Assembly (NCBI GenBank): GCA_013265495.1
Contig: MU061668.1
Location: 7,970,055 to 8,034,054, forward strand
From: Vicugna vicugna
Lineage: Eukaryota
Direction of reading: 5' to 3'
DNA length: 64,000 nucleotides
Shown: one piece after another, positions 1-11,073 of the stretch
How positions within the stretch are numbered: the first letter of the stretch is position 1
How the letters are laid out: each line of letters begins with the position of its first letter
The notes under the pieces: model-generated
Database searches by the model: none
The model's input: only the letters and a program-made list of their open reading frames with translations
Told to the model about the DNA's origin: nothing
Made by a program: the position numbers and the translations under genes

Positions 1-2748
1 ACCCTGAGAAGCAGCTGGGGTCCTCTGTCACTGGTTACATTCACTGCCCTGGGTCAGTCCCTCGGGCACGGTCACACCCTCCCACGGAGGGAGGGCCGCA
101 CGTTCAAGGCCTGTGTCCCTCTCGGGGAGGAAGGAACCTGACTGTCCCGAAGGGGGCACGTGGAGGGGACAGGCGGCTGGTGATCACTCCCTCTCACTAG
201 GCAACCCGGCCCCGGGAAAGGAGGGGACACGGCGGGCTGGGCGGAGGAGCCGTGAGCACCACGGCTGCAGTGAGATCAAACGGCGAGGCCAGCCCAGCTC
301 CGAGGCCCAGGTATCCATGGGGACCACTGCCAATGTCTGCAGGTGGACCCCCGAGGACACCGGGGTGCAGAGGAAGGAGCTGAAGTCCCACGTGAACTGT
401 CAGACCCGGAGGAACATACAGACACGCCATCACTTGGGATGTGACTGGATGTCACGCCAGGAGGACGGGTTTAGACATTGCTAGATCCCACTGCTGTATG
501 ATAATGCAGCAGACGGCCCTGAACAGGAGGGTAGTTTGTCCTGGGGCATGGGCGACAGGGGACAAATCCGTATATTTCAAAGGAGAGCCTGAGAATTACC
601 TGCTGTTTACACATTGTGAACTTCTGTTATTCAGTATTGGGTGGGGGGCATGTATTAGTTCTTTGGAGTCAAGTCAAAACTATCAACACTTCTGGAAGAA
701 AATATCATTAAAAATAAAACATATTCAACAAAACAGAAGGAGCACTTACCTTATGGGCTTGGTGCTGAGGACACAGCAGTGAACCACCTGCCCTGGGTCG
801 CTGCCCCCTGGACCTCATTAAAGTGAAAGGGCTTTGAAACCTAAGTATGAAACAGCCTTCCTGACATCAAAGTGCTTGCAATTTAGTTACGGAGAATGTA
901 AATTAAAAAAGACGAAAGAATGGACCACTGGAGCTGTGCTGCGTCAAATAAGCGACAGACCGAGCAGGGTCAAAGTCAGAACTGCCTCCCAGTGGTTGCT
1001 ATTGGCTGGAATCCTCTTTAAGAAAGGCCTGGGCCTGAAGGCATATTAGCACTTGGCCAGACAAGGGGCAAGCCAGAGGCCTTCTCAGCAGAGCGGAGTG
1101 AGGAAACCCGAGGGCAGACAGGTCGGGGCAGCACTGACCATCAAAGGAGATGCCGGATGGGCCGGCGCAGGAGAGAGGCAGCAGTGACGCGAGGCTCCAC
1201 TCCAGGAGGGCCTGGACGGGGTGGGGTGGGGGCTGGCAGTGGGGAAGGGAAGAAGTGAGCTGAAGTGACCTGGAGGTGCCGGAGGGGAAGAGGGGGTGCG
1301 CACGGGCTGCAGCAGCCAGCAGTGAGAGCTCACCTGTAGCTAACTTACTACTGACACGCAAATGAATGCTGAGCTGCCCAAAACGGTTCGAGAATTCATC
1401 TAAAATCTGGCTTGCAAATCTCTCATATGTTCATTTGCTTAGCAAACCCTCTGTAAAAATAGAAGACACAGATTTCCAGAGTCCACATGAAAGAGGTCCT
1501 CAAAAGAACACAGAAAACCCACGCAAAGTCTGCACGTAGCTTCCTTATTCTAATAGCAAGCGACCTAATAGCTGTAGGTTAAGAAGACTTTTCCCGCGGA
1601 AGACCCCTACCTTCTTCCGTGGCTTTTGTGATTTGATTTGTGGACTCCCAAGCAATGATTTCAGAAAGGTCTCTGACACATGCAAAACGCAGAGATTTCA
1701 TCCAACAACCGTTTTCCGAACATTTATAATCTCTGCGCCCGGCACAGGGCTGAGTACTGACTTTGCGGAGATGAGAAAGACAAGGTCCCCGGCCCCAAAG
1801 TGCCGTAGTGCACCGACGGGGGCCCCGGGCGGGGCGCAGGGCCCGGCTCCTCGCCTCTGTGGATCCCCACGCAGCCCTCACTCCAGGTCCTGAGTCCCAC
1901 CGAGCACCTGCTGCAGGAACGAGCGGGGCCCACGGGCCTTAGGACGGCTGCTACTGGCATCTGTGCTCCTTGCCTCAATGGCCAAGAGGATGCATTCGGA
2001 TCCCTTCGCTTGTGCTTTATTTGCGCTTCTGTACGTGGACTACCTGTAGTCCTGGGGCATGAAGGCCCTGCTGAATGCGTACATAAAGCCACAGACAGAA
2101 ATAAGGCGTAAGGACTGAAAATATTTTCATATTAAGCTCAAAATATGCCCTGGAGCAGAACATGAAATTGAGTCAAATTTTAAAGCTAAAACCCAATATT
2201 TTAAAGGATTGTCGTCCTTGCCGCAGGCCACTTTGGGCCACATGCCCCATCCTAGAGAGAAATCTTCACTCTCCATTTCATGAGAGTCCTTCAGTGCAAA
2301 GGGGAGGAGCAGGATTTCTCGGTCTAGCTATTTATCACTTACCACCTGAAAGGTTCTCCCTCCCTGCCCTCCTCCACTCTTAACGTCTGACTATGAAAAG
2401 CAGAGATGGGGGTTCCACTACAACCCGAAACCACAGGAAACAAGGAAATCCAAGCACTCTGGATGGTGTGTACCATTGGCTCTTCTGCACGGACGTCAGC
2501 AGATCCCCAAATTTGAGATCCTAGGTATTGCCAGTATTTTAATTAAGTCGTCATCCTGGGCAGTTAAGTCAAATCTCAAGTTACCAAGGTATACCTAGTA
2601 GTTAAAATTAATTAGCCATCCTGGCCAAACGGTTCTCTCAGTTTCCACCTGTGCAACATGGTAAGTTCTGATGCAGCGTTAAGGCTCCTTCCCAGCAGGA
2701 CCCCTTCGCAAGCACAGAGATCTTCTAATCTTTACATGAAAATGGTTC

Positions 2749-2879
2749 GGGTGGTGGGGACGGTATAGCTCAGTGGTAGAGTGCCTGCTTAGCATGTATG
2801 AGGTCCCGGGTTCAATCCCCAGTGCTTCCACTAAGAAATAAAAAGACCTAATTACCCTCCCCCCCCACAAAAAAGAAAA
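2749..2879 (+). mobile_element. tRNA-Ala(AGC)-derived SINE, resembling the camelid vic-1 type
   Basis: tRNA-like head with A box TAGCTCAGTGG, AGC anticodon loop and B box GGTTCAATCC; unrelated tail ending in poly(A); 10-bp target-site duplication AAAATGGTTC at 2739-2748 and 2880-2889. Confidence 0.85.
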
Positions 2880-3140
2880 AAAATGGTTCAAATATCTCAG
2901 CTCCTAGCACAGGAGCTGAGAGAGAACACCTGAGTCCAGTCATTTTCCATTTAGCTCAGGCTTCCACACAAAATGTGGAGCTAGTCTGAGCGCTCAGGGA
3001 CTCCGGCAGCCAGGGTCTGAAGGCCTATCGAAGTTGGCAGGATCTGCCTTATGTCTGTCCCAGTTCAGAAGCATGTCTCAGCATCTTGGCTCCTATCGCG
3101 TTTTTGAGAAAGTCCTCCTCAACCAAGACATGCTGTTTAT

Positions 3141-3400
3141 ACACGACTCCGTGCCGGGGTGCGTGCTGGTGGGTGTGCGGTCAGGAGGGCGCGGCGGGGG
3201 CGGCCCGGGGTGCGGGCCACCGCGCTGCGCGTCCGCGCCCCTGGCCGCTGGCACCTCGCATACCGATGTCATTAGGCACCGTCTGCCGGTCCTCCTGCAA
3301 TCCGGCCAGCGCGGTTCCCGTCACAGCAAGCACTTCCTCTGTCAGAGCAGACAAACCGACCCGAGCCACAGCCGGAAGCAGGCTGACCACAAGCGCTAAG
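3141..3400. promoter_or_regulatory. Short intronic CpG-rich, GC-box-containing segment (possible enhancer or internal promoter)
   Basis: About 26 CpG counted by eye in 3141-3320, with GGGGCGG-type boxes. Confidence 0.45.
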
Positions 3401-4339
3401 GTTCTGGTTAGTTCTTTTCTAGGTAAAGTTGGAAAAGTCCCTGCAAAGGCAAACACTGAAGTTTTAGACACGGGGGCGGCACTGACCTCTCAAAATGTTC
3501 TCGACTGGAAAGAGGGAGGGTGTGTGTGTGAGAGAGAAAGACAGAGAGGAAGGGAGGAAGTTGGATTGTATGATGCAAATGCTGATGATTCTGAGAAGTG
3601 TTTGTTTTTTTTTTTCCTCCTTCTTCCCAGGTTCAACTGAAGAGGCTGTTCTAAGAAAGACTCCTGAGGTAATGAGTCGCCTCCTCAGAGAAAGTCCATC
3701 TAGGTAGAGTCTTGTTTACCGTGTAAACAACGGAACATTTACCGTTGAAGCCCACGCTCCTTTGTAGGCGGACTAGATAATTTTTTTTTTTTGGTGGTGG
3801 CATGAGGGTAAAGAAGGGGCCACAGGAGAGGGCTGGGTACCTGTGAGCCACAGAATCCCCTCTACCCTTCAGACTCCCCCCAGGAAGATTCAGGAAGGCC
3901 AAGACTGTCCTTTGCACTCAGATGTCAGCTGTGTTTCCATGCATCTTACCAAGTGAGCTGACAAACTGGATTTTCCCAGTTTGCCTGCGGACCCACCGGG
4001 GACAGGAGCCACTAGAGACGGGGCGAGGCCTCCTTTGGTACCCACCCCACCCCCCGAACACGCCTGGAGGAGGAGGCGGGGCCGGGGGGCGACTGAAGAG
4101 AATCCTTCACTTCCCTAAAGCACGAGTATATTACTCTCAGCTTTAAGTATTTGCCCTTTTGAAGAGTTAGGGCAATTATCTATATTGAAGAAGAATCTCT
4201 GCAGCTCATTTTTCTAAGAAAACAATCCAGAATCTGCTGTTGACGGTGAAAAACAGTGACAGTGATCTCTAACTCTGCTCCATGACTCCAAAATTGTCAT
4301 TTATAGTATCTGTTATACATTTGAGGGCAAAAAAAACTG

Positions 4340-4730
4340 AACTAAAAACATGGATCCCAATGGTAAAAAGATCAGTGGCTGATCAGAGGGACAAATGGGC
4401 AGAGCACAGAGGATTTTTAGGGCAGTGAAACTATCCTGTTTGCTGCTGTAACAGTGGGTACGTGGCGTCATACATCCGTCAAAACCTACAGAATGCACAC
4501 CACCCAGCATTAACCCTAATGTAAACCATGGCTTCCAGTTAATAAGAATGTCTCCGCATTGGTTCATCAGCGGGGGCGCATACACACAGGGGAACCGGGG
4601 GTGAGGGAGGAAGGGGCCACATGGGAACTCAGTACTTGCTGCTCAGTGTTTCTGTAAACCTAAAACTGTCGTTAAAAAAAATAAAGTCTATTAATTACAA
4701 AAAGAAAAAACCAAAAAAGAAAAACCGGAT
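4340..4730 (+). mobile_element. L1MC-like LINE-1 3' end
   Basis: Typical old L1 3'UTR motifs (gatttttagggcagtgaaactat, accctaatgtaaacc, tgtaaacctaaaactg) ending in AATAAA and an A-rich tail. Boundaries approximate. Confidence 0.75.
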
Positions 4731-7700
4731 CCCACATTCCATGGAAAGCAAGCACCGAGCAGAGTGTTACAGACCAGTGTCATCAGCCCGAGGTCACACA
4801 GCTCGTCTGCCGTCTGGATGCTGACCCCAGGTGTACGTAGCGCTCGACTCCCACACAAGCTGGTTCTTCCCTTCTCTGGGGTACAAATTTAGAGGCACAA
4901 GTTTCTCTCTTCCCAGTGGAGCCACGTGGAGGTTGCCCAAGCCGCGCCCGAGCCCAGGTGTCGGTGTAGTCTGCTCCTGGCTCAAGACGACCTTAGCCAG
5001 ACAGGCCCCGTTACATAATCTTCAGCTGGGCCAGAGTGACCACTCGCCCTCCCAGACTCACTGGTGGTTCTTGGATGATCCAGGGTAACAAAGACGGGCC
5101 CTTGCCAGAGAGAGAACCGCACCCATTTCTGATGAAATCCGTCGGAAAAGCCAGCTGGAGAATCACTGTTTGGTGTCATTCCGGGCCTTCAGGTGAAGGG
5201 ACACTGGCCCCCCACTGGGCCATGAGGAGGCAGTGCTCACCTCTCGGCGCTGGGTCCCTGGCCCCCGGGGCTGCCAGGCAGAGGAAGCCAGAGGTGGCAG
5301 GGCTGGGGTGGGAGAAAGGAGGGCAGAGCAGGCCGGACAGAGCTTCTGAATAAAGAACCATCAGGCGAACTTGCCCTTCTCCCAGGCTGGCTCAGGCAAC
5401 CTCCCCTGCACGTTCAACTAGCCAGCAATCTACCAGAACGTCCCTTGTGGTTATACATGGGCTGTCAGCAATTTTTATTGGTTTTCCTCTATCCTTTTTT
5501 GGATTCCATGAGTTTTAGACTTTGATCTGTCACTTTTATACAACAATATATTTATTTTTGTTGGTTTGTGTTTAGCCTACTGGAAAGGCTTTCCCAAGTT
5601 CTTTGCTATTGTTTCAGGGAGAAACACTTGGCGCTTGTCTTTGAACATGACACGCACACCCACACGCCTCCCTACGAGGCTGCTTCACACGCGACAGTGT
5701 TCCTTCCGACAGCGTGTGTCACCTACTGCTTTGCATGCTGGGACTCTCCTCTTTCCTGAAATGGTTTTACTTAAGGCCAACCCCGCCTAGACACTGTGAG
5801 AAAGAAGGGATGGGAAGACGGCATCCTTGTCGCTGTCGACACAACTGCAGTGAGAGGTCAAGGGCGAGCCCCTGGCACGTCTCGACTGGAAAATGATGCG
5901 GAAGGAAAGGTGCCACACAGCATCTCCCGGAACTCTTCTGGGTGAAACAGATCGCCTGCCGTGTGCAGACGCTCCAAATTCCTCAACCCTTTTCGTCTGA
6001 CTCACTCGCTTGTCCCCACAGTCTCCTCTCCCTCCTGAGCCCGCATCCACTCCTGGTGCAGACCCTCAGGAGTAGTGTGCAAGCTGCTTCATGGACTTTC
6101 AGAACTAAAGATGGCGTAAGAGACACTTTGGGTCAACTCTCTCAATTTCTAGGTGGTAATGCTGGGGCCTGAAAAAACGTGGGTTTGTGAAAGGAGAAAC
6201 TGAAAGCCTCGTCCACGTGCAGCCACCTGTGCCTCAGTGCCAGTGTGTTCTCCTCATTCTCCCGTTCCCTAGAGACAGGCTAGTGGGCTTCACCCTAAAG
6301 AGATCCATTTTAAAGAATCCTGTATATGTGTACATGATAAAAACAAATTCAGAACATTTTCCTGATCAGAGAATTTTTGTGGAGGCCAGATGGCTACACA
6401 CCTCTCAGGGGCATAGGACACTGCCGGCCAGCTCTGTCTGAGACGGTCAGCGTCTAGAGCAGAGAGGAAATGAAGGAGCTAAGGCCAGGGAGCTCTAAGA
6501 CTGAAGGGGGCCGGCGTGGGTGGGGGCGGCCAGGGGTGGGGGTCTGCAGCGGGGAAGGAGCAGGGTATGGAAGGGAGAGAAATGCAGTTTTAGAGTTTAT
6601 GACTCTGCTGAATTGGGGGAAGTGTTTGTGTAACAAATATTTTATATACAAGCAGGTGCCGACACGTCAAGTCTGGCACGCAGCCTTGGGCAGGCTAACC
6701 AGTGGGGAGACTGTCTGGAGTGGTGACCCCACCTGCTGCCACCTTTGCATCCTACTCAGGCTCAGGGACCCCACTCTTGGGTACACCTGAGTCCCGGGGC
6801 CCTTTTACAGCATCCATGTTCCTCTCAAATGGCTTACAGCCTCTGCCCCACTCACTGTGACACACGGTGTCCAGCACACCCCCACGAAGGTCGGGACACG
6901 CGTAACTCAGAGGAGACGGGATGTCAGCGCAGACCTGGCTCCCGGCGCTTCACAACACAAGGAAGCCACCCGCGAAGCGTGGCCGGGCAGGGCGGCTCCG
7001 CATCCTCCAGACTAGCGGGCAGAACGCGGTGTGAGCCTGGGTGGGGAGCCTGCGGCCCGGCAGCTGCTCTGCACAGCTGCCACGGACGGACGGACGCGAA
7101 CCCAAGCTCAAGTGCAGAGGGTGGGGCGAGAGCACGCCTGGCTGGCGGGTGGGGCTGCGCAGCTGGTGATGCTGACACACTGTTTCCAGCCACCGAGAGG
7201 CAAGTGCCAAGTCCCTCTTCATTTCACCCTCACCCTGATGGGCCTGACCTCAGGCCCTGCTGTGGTGTCAGCTGACTTCAGAAAGCACTCTGGGCCCTCT
7301 CCGAGGGCAGCACAGGCTGGATCCTCACCTGCCTGCCACTGAAGGCTCTCAGAGCCCAGGGGACATCTTCACCAAGGCTGCGGCCTCCCAGGTTAGGCAG
7401 GAAAGCTGGACATACAGCAGGACCACTGCTGAAACATATCCATCTCAGGAGCTAACTGAGGCACGCCCCTGCCAGCACCCTCCCTGGAATTCCAGAACAA
7501 AAGCCCGAACCCATTACTGTACATTGCACGGAAGCAGAGGGTCCCTGTGTCACTTTGTCAGGAGCCAGGGCCCGCCGGGCACAGAGTGAAGCACAGGAAG
7601 TGCAGTGAGGCCAGGGAAGGAGAGGTCGGGGAGTCAGGCGCACGCCCTGCTGAGCTCTCCCCTCCATCCTGTCCACCAGGGCCTCCCCACTACTTATTTC

Positions 7701-10700
7701 CTGGAACTGAGGCCCCTCGAGATGGCTGTGTGCACATTTACGGTCACTCCTCTGCTCCTGTCGCCACTGTCACCACGCCTCCCCTGCAGACGTCCAGGGC
7801 CTCAGTTTTACCCAATTACGAGCCACAAGTGACTGTCGGTCTCCATTTCCGTCCTGAGTTACCCCCTCAAACCCCTTGCTCCATTCCTTGGACTAGCTGG
7901 GCCCGAAAGCTGCTGTCTTCAATCTGGAGAGCACTTGTCTGCAGGTTTTTTTTTAGCATCAGGCTGTCTGGGGTCAAGAAAGGTGCAGGACTGTGGCCAG
8001 TTCCCCTTTTAAACAGAAGGTAGTGACAGGAATTCAGTTCCCACCTTGATCTCTCGCCCTCGTTAACACGTGGCTTTCTGACTGCGCTTGCTTCCTGTGT
8101 CTTCTCGTCAGACGGAGACGAGCACACGTGTGAGGCCAGAGGCCCCGCTGCTTGGGAGTCAGCTTAGAATGCTTCCTCAGCGTAGATGCTCGGTGGTGCT
8201 TGCTTTGCTAACAGAATTTACTTGCTCGGACAATTTACCCAGGAGGTGTTTTCAGGCAGAAAAGGCTCTCTCTCTTACATGGCTCTTTTGGGATGCAAGC
8301 TGCTAAGGGCTTTCAGCAAAGCATTTTCTGGGAATGCGCTCTCGCCTCCGATGTGAAGAAAGCACCCCACCATCTGAGAGTACCCCACTGGCCGCCACGA
8401 TGATACGACTTTTAACTCGGAAAATTACTTATTTGCTTTTATATCCCTATACTGTTCATTTCTGAAGAGGTCAAGTGAACTAATACAAAATGGAACAAAG
8501 TGGAAAAATCTCCAGTGGAAGAGTGTGTGCGTGTGCGTGTGTGTGAGAGAGGGGGAGAGGGGTGGGGTTGCGCAGAGCTGTCTACTGTAGCTGTGAGAAA
8601 AAGTTGGCACCAAGCTTAAGGGATGTTGGACCAGACGCTCTAATGTTTAATTATCAGGGAGTTATACCCATTCAGATGAGTCATCAGGGTGTGGGAGCCC
8701 AAGTCTGGCTGTGGCTTTGGTGAACCCTTTAAAATTCTCTCTCTCCCCATATATGGCCACCAAAGGAAATATCATTCGCTGGTCCAAGCTTAGGTGCAGG
8801 CCATGGAGTTTACCAGATTTTAGCAAGTCCAAATTAACACACATTCCAGATGCATCCTCTTTAAGAGCTGTTCTCTCTCATCCCTGAACTGTAGTCTTTT
8901 AAACAAGATCCGGGTAGCACGGGGCTCCAGGTGGCTGCCTGACTAGCGGTGCTGGCGGGAGTTCAGAGAATTAACCCCATCGTGTTATTCATGCACGAGC
9001 CGGTCAGCGTCCCCTAGGAGACACTCTTTCCCACTCCCGGGGGCCTTTTCTGGGCCTCGCCTTTTTTGTAGGTGGCTAATTCAGCACCACTGAGGGGAGG
9101 AGGGGCCTGGGAGACGAGCCAGTCCGAGTCAGGAAAACCTGATGCCGCCCGAGACCAGCTGCTGCGGGTTCCCAACACCGAGGCTGTGTGTGAGCCCGGA
9201 TGGAACCACGTCCAGGGTGAGTTCCGATTCAGCAGATCTGGACTGAACCTCAGCGCGAGCACTTCCCAGCGGTGTGACCCTGGCTCAACCTTCCCGGGCT
9301 TAGGTTCCTGTCCTTGAAATGGTGACGGTGCCACCTGCAGTGCTGTTACAGGAACCAAACAGGACCGTGCACGCAAAGCCTGAATGTCAGTACACGCTGA
9401 CTGCGTAAGACTTACTGTGGGAGTCATGATCCAGTCGGCCCCAGTCAGGGCAAAGCGCAGCCCAGCCTGTCCCCCAGCAGCAGCCTGCATGTTGCAGGGT
9501 CAGGCTGGCGTGCGAGGGGGTTCTCCCTGGCTAGTTCACCCTTCAGTTCAGCCGCCAGTTCATGTGCTATCCTGGCGAAGAGGATGGGCCAGAGCGGCCC
9601 AAGGTCTCGGGGCACACACACTGCAGGGTGGGTGAGCAATATTCTGTCTGATCACCCTGTCTTTAAGTGCAGTTAACTCAAAACCACGCCTCTGAAAATA
9701 CACCTTATGTTGGCAAGGGAGAACTCTAAGATTCAGAAGGGAAATCTGTTATTTTATTAACAGAATAGATGCCTTCTACTTAAGTTATTGCTTGGTCTCC
9801 TTTGCCCGCCTTCCTTCTTACTGTTTCTTGAGTTTCTAACTTTCAAGAGCAACTCAGGTCTGTATCAGGGACTGGCTTTTCTCCTGAGCTTGACTGTCGC
9901 AAAAAAATCAGGCTGCTGAGTCTTTGCTGGGAATTGTGTGTTTGATCTTTTAACTACAACCTGCCCACTGTGCAGTCTTCAGATGCCTTCAGGCAAAGAT
10001 ACACACCACTAATTTACTACTTATTCAGGTTAAATACATCAGATTGCGTGGCTTATCAAATCATCCTTTATAGATGAACACAAATTCTCATTTCAGTTGG
10101 CCTGGAGAAAAGCCAAACAGTGCTAAAATTATTCAAAAAAGGGTGTGTGGCACATAAATTTTCATGAAAATTTAAGTGTGGTTCAGGGTTAAAAACATCT
10201 GCTTATTATAAAAGCTATCACCAAAACTCTACATGGCAGCACCCAAATTCAGCTTCCTATGGGGGAGAGGGAACTCAGGGTTGTTTCTCCTGCCTTGAGC
10301 TGCCAGGGCTAAGTGAGGTCACTCGTAGTCACATTTCTCTGAAAGTGCAGCCCTGTCTGGGGCCTGAGTCAACGAATCTGAGATGGCATCTGAGTCCGAG
10401 CAGCACTGTGAGTCCTGAAGCTCCCAGTGCCGCCTCCCGCCGTGTGTGGAGCCGAGACCCGAATCTACCAGTAAGCCAAGGTGTAACCGTGATAGACTCT
10501 AACACACAGAACTCAGGGGCCACCCCCCAGCCGCCTGACCCCCTGGGCCCGGGCAGGGAACCTGAGAGGACGTCACCCAGGAACACACAGAGAGAAGTCA
10601 CAAGTACCTGGGACCGATTCAATCCAGAGAAAGAGTGATCATGCCAGCCTTGTCCTGCCTCAATATTTAAGGGTACTTAATGATTTTAAATTTAGGAAGA

Positions 10701-10944
10701 GAAGAAGACATAGGAATTTTCCATGGGAGGAAGTCCTTGGAGTCAAGATGCCCATTCTGACTTCGCTTAGCAACAGCGTGCCAATAGCCAAGATGCCCTA
10801 TACAGAGACCGGGGCTGTGTCAGTTCTGTCAGCCTGGCAGCCACTCTGGCCTTTCTGTCACCCACTCCCTCCTCCCTGAGTGCTTCCCACCCCCACCCTC
10901 GGGGCCCATATGTTTATCTCCTTTCCACCACCCAGTGGACACGT

Positions 10945-11073
10945 GAGGTGGTATTAACCCAGATTCACAGTTGGGAACTCAGGTCAGAGAAGTCCTGTGG
11001 CTTGCCTGGGGTTACCCAGCTAGGAAGGGGCAGAGCCAAGACTCACACCTTGGATTTTCTGCCTCTAAATCCC
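10945..11073 (-). mobile_element. MIR SINE fragment
   Basis: Degenerate MIR core in reverse orientation (acccagctaggaaggggcagagcc). Confidence 0.55.

Noticed and set aside
2756-2830. Functional tRNA-Ala(AGC) gene
   Set aside because: The acceptor stem pairs poorly (several G-T pairs and an A-C), the anticodon stem is mismatched, and it has a SINE tail, poly(A) and a TSD.
3034-3640. Overlapping 121-aa and 184-aa ORFs
   Set aside because: Expected in GC-rich sequence with few stop codons; low-complexity Gly/Arg/Ala composition and no family resemblance.
8429-8461. 33-nt microexon candidate (cttcag|AAATGA...AATAA|gtaatt)
   Set aside because: Weak donor (TAA|GTAATT) and an immediate stop in the required phase; indistinguishable from background.
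9079-9096. REST/RE1-like TTCAGCACCAC
   Set aside because: Only the left half-site is present; the GGACAG half is missing.
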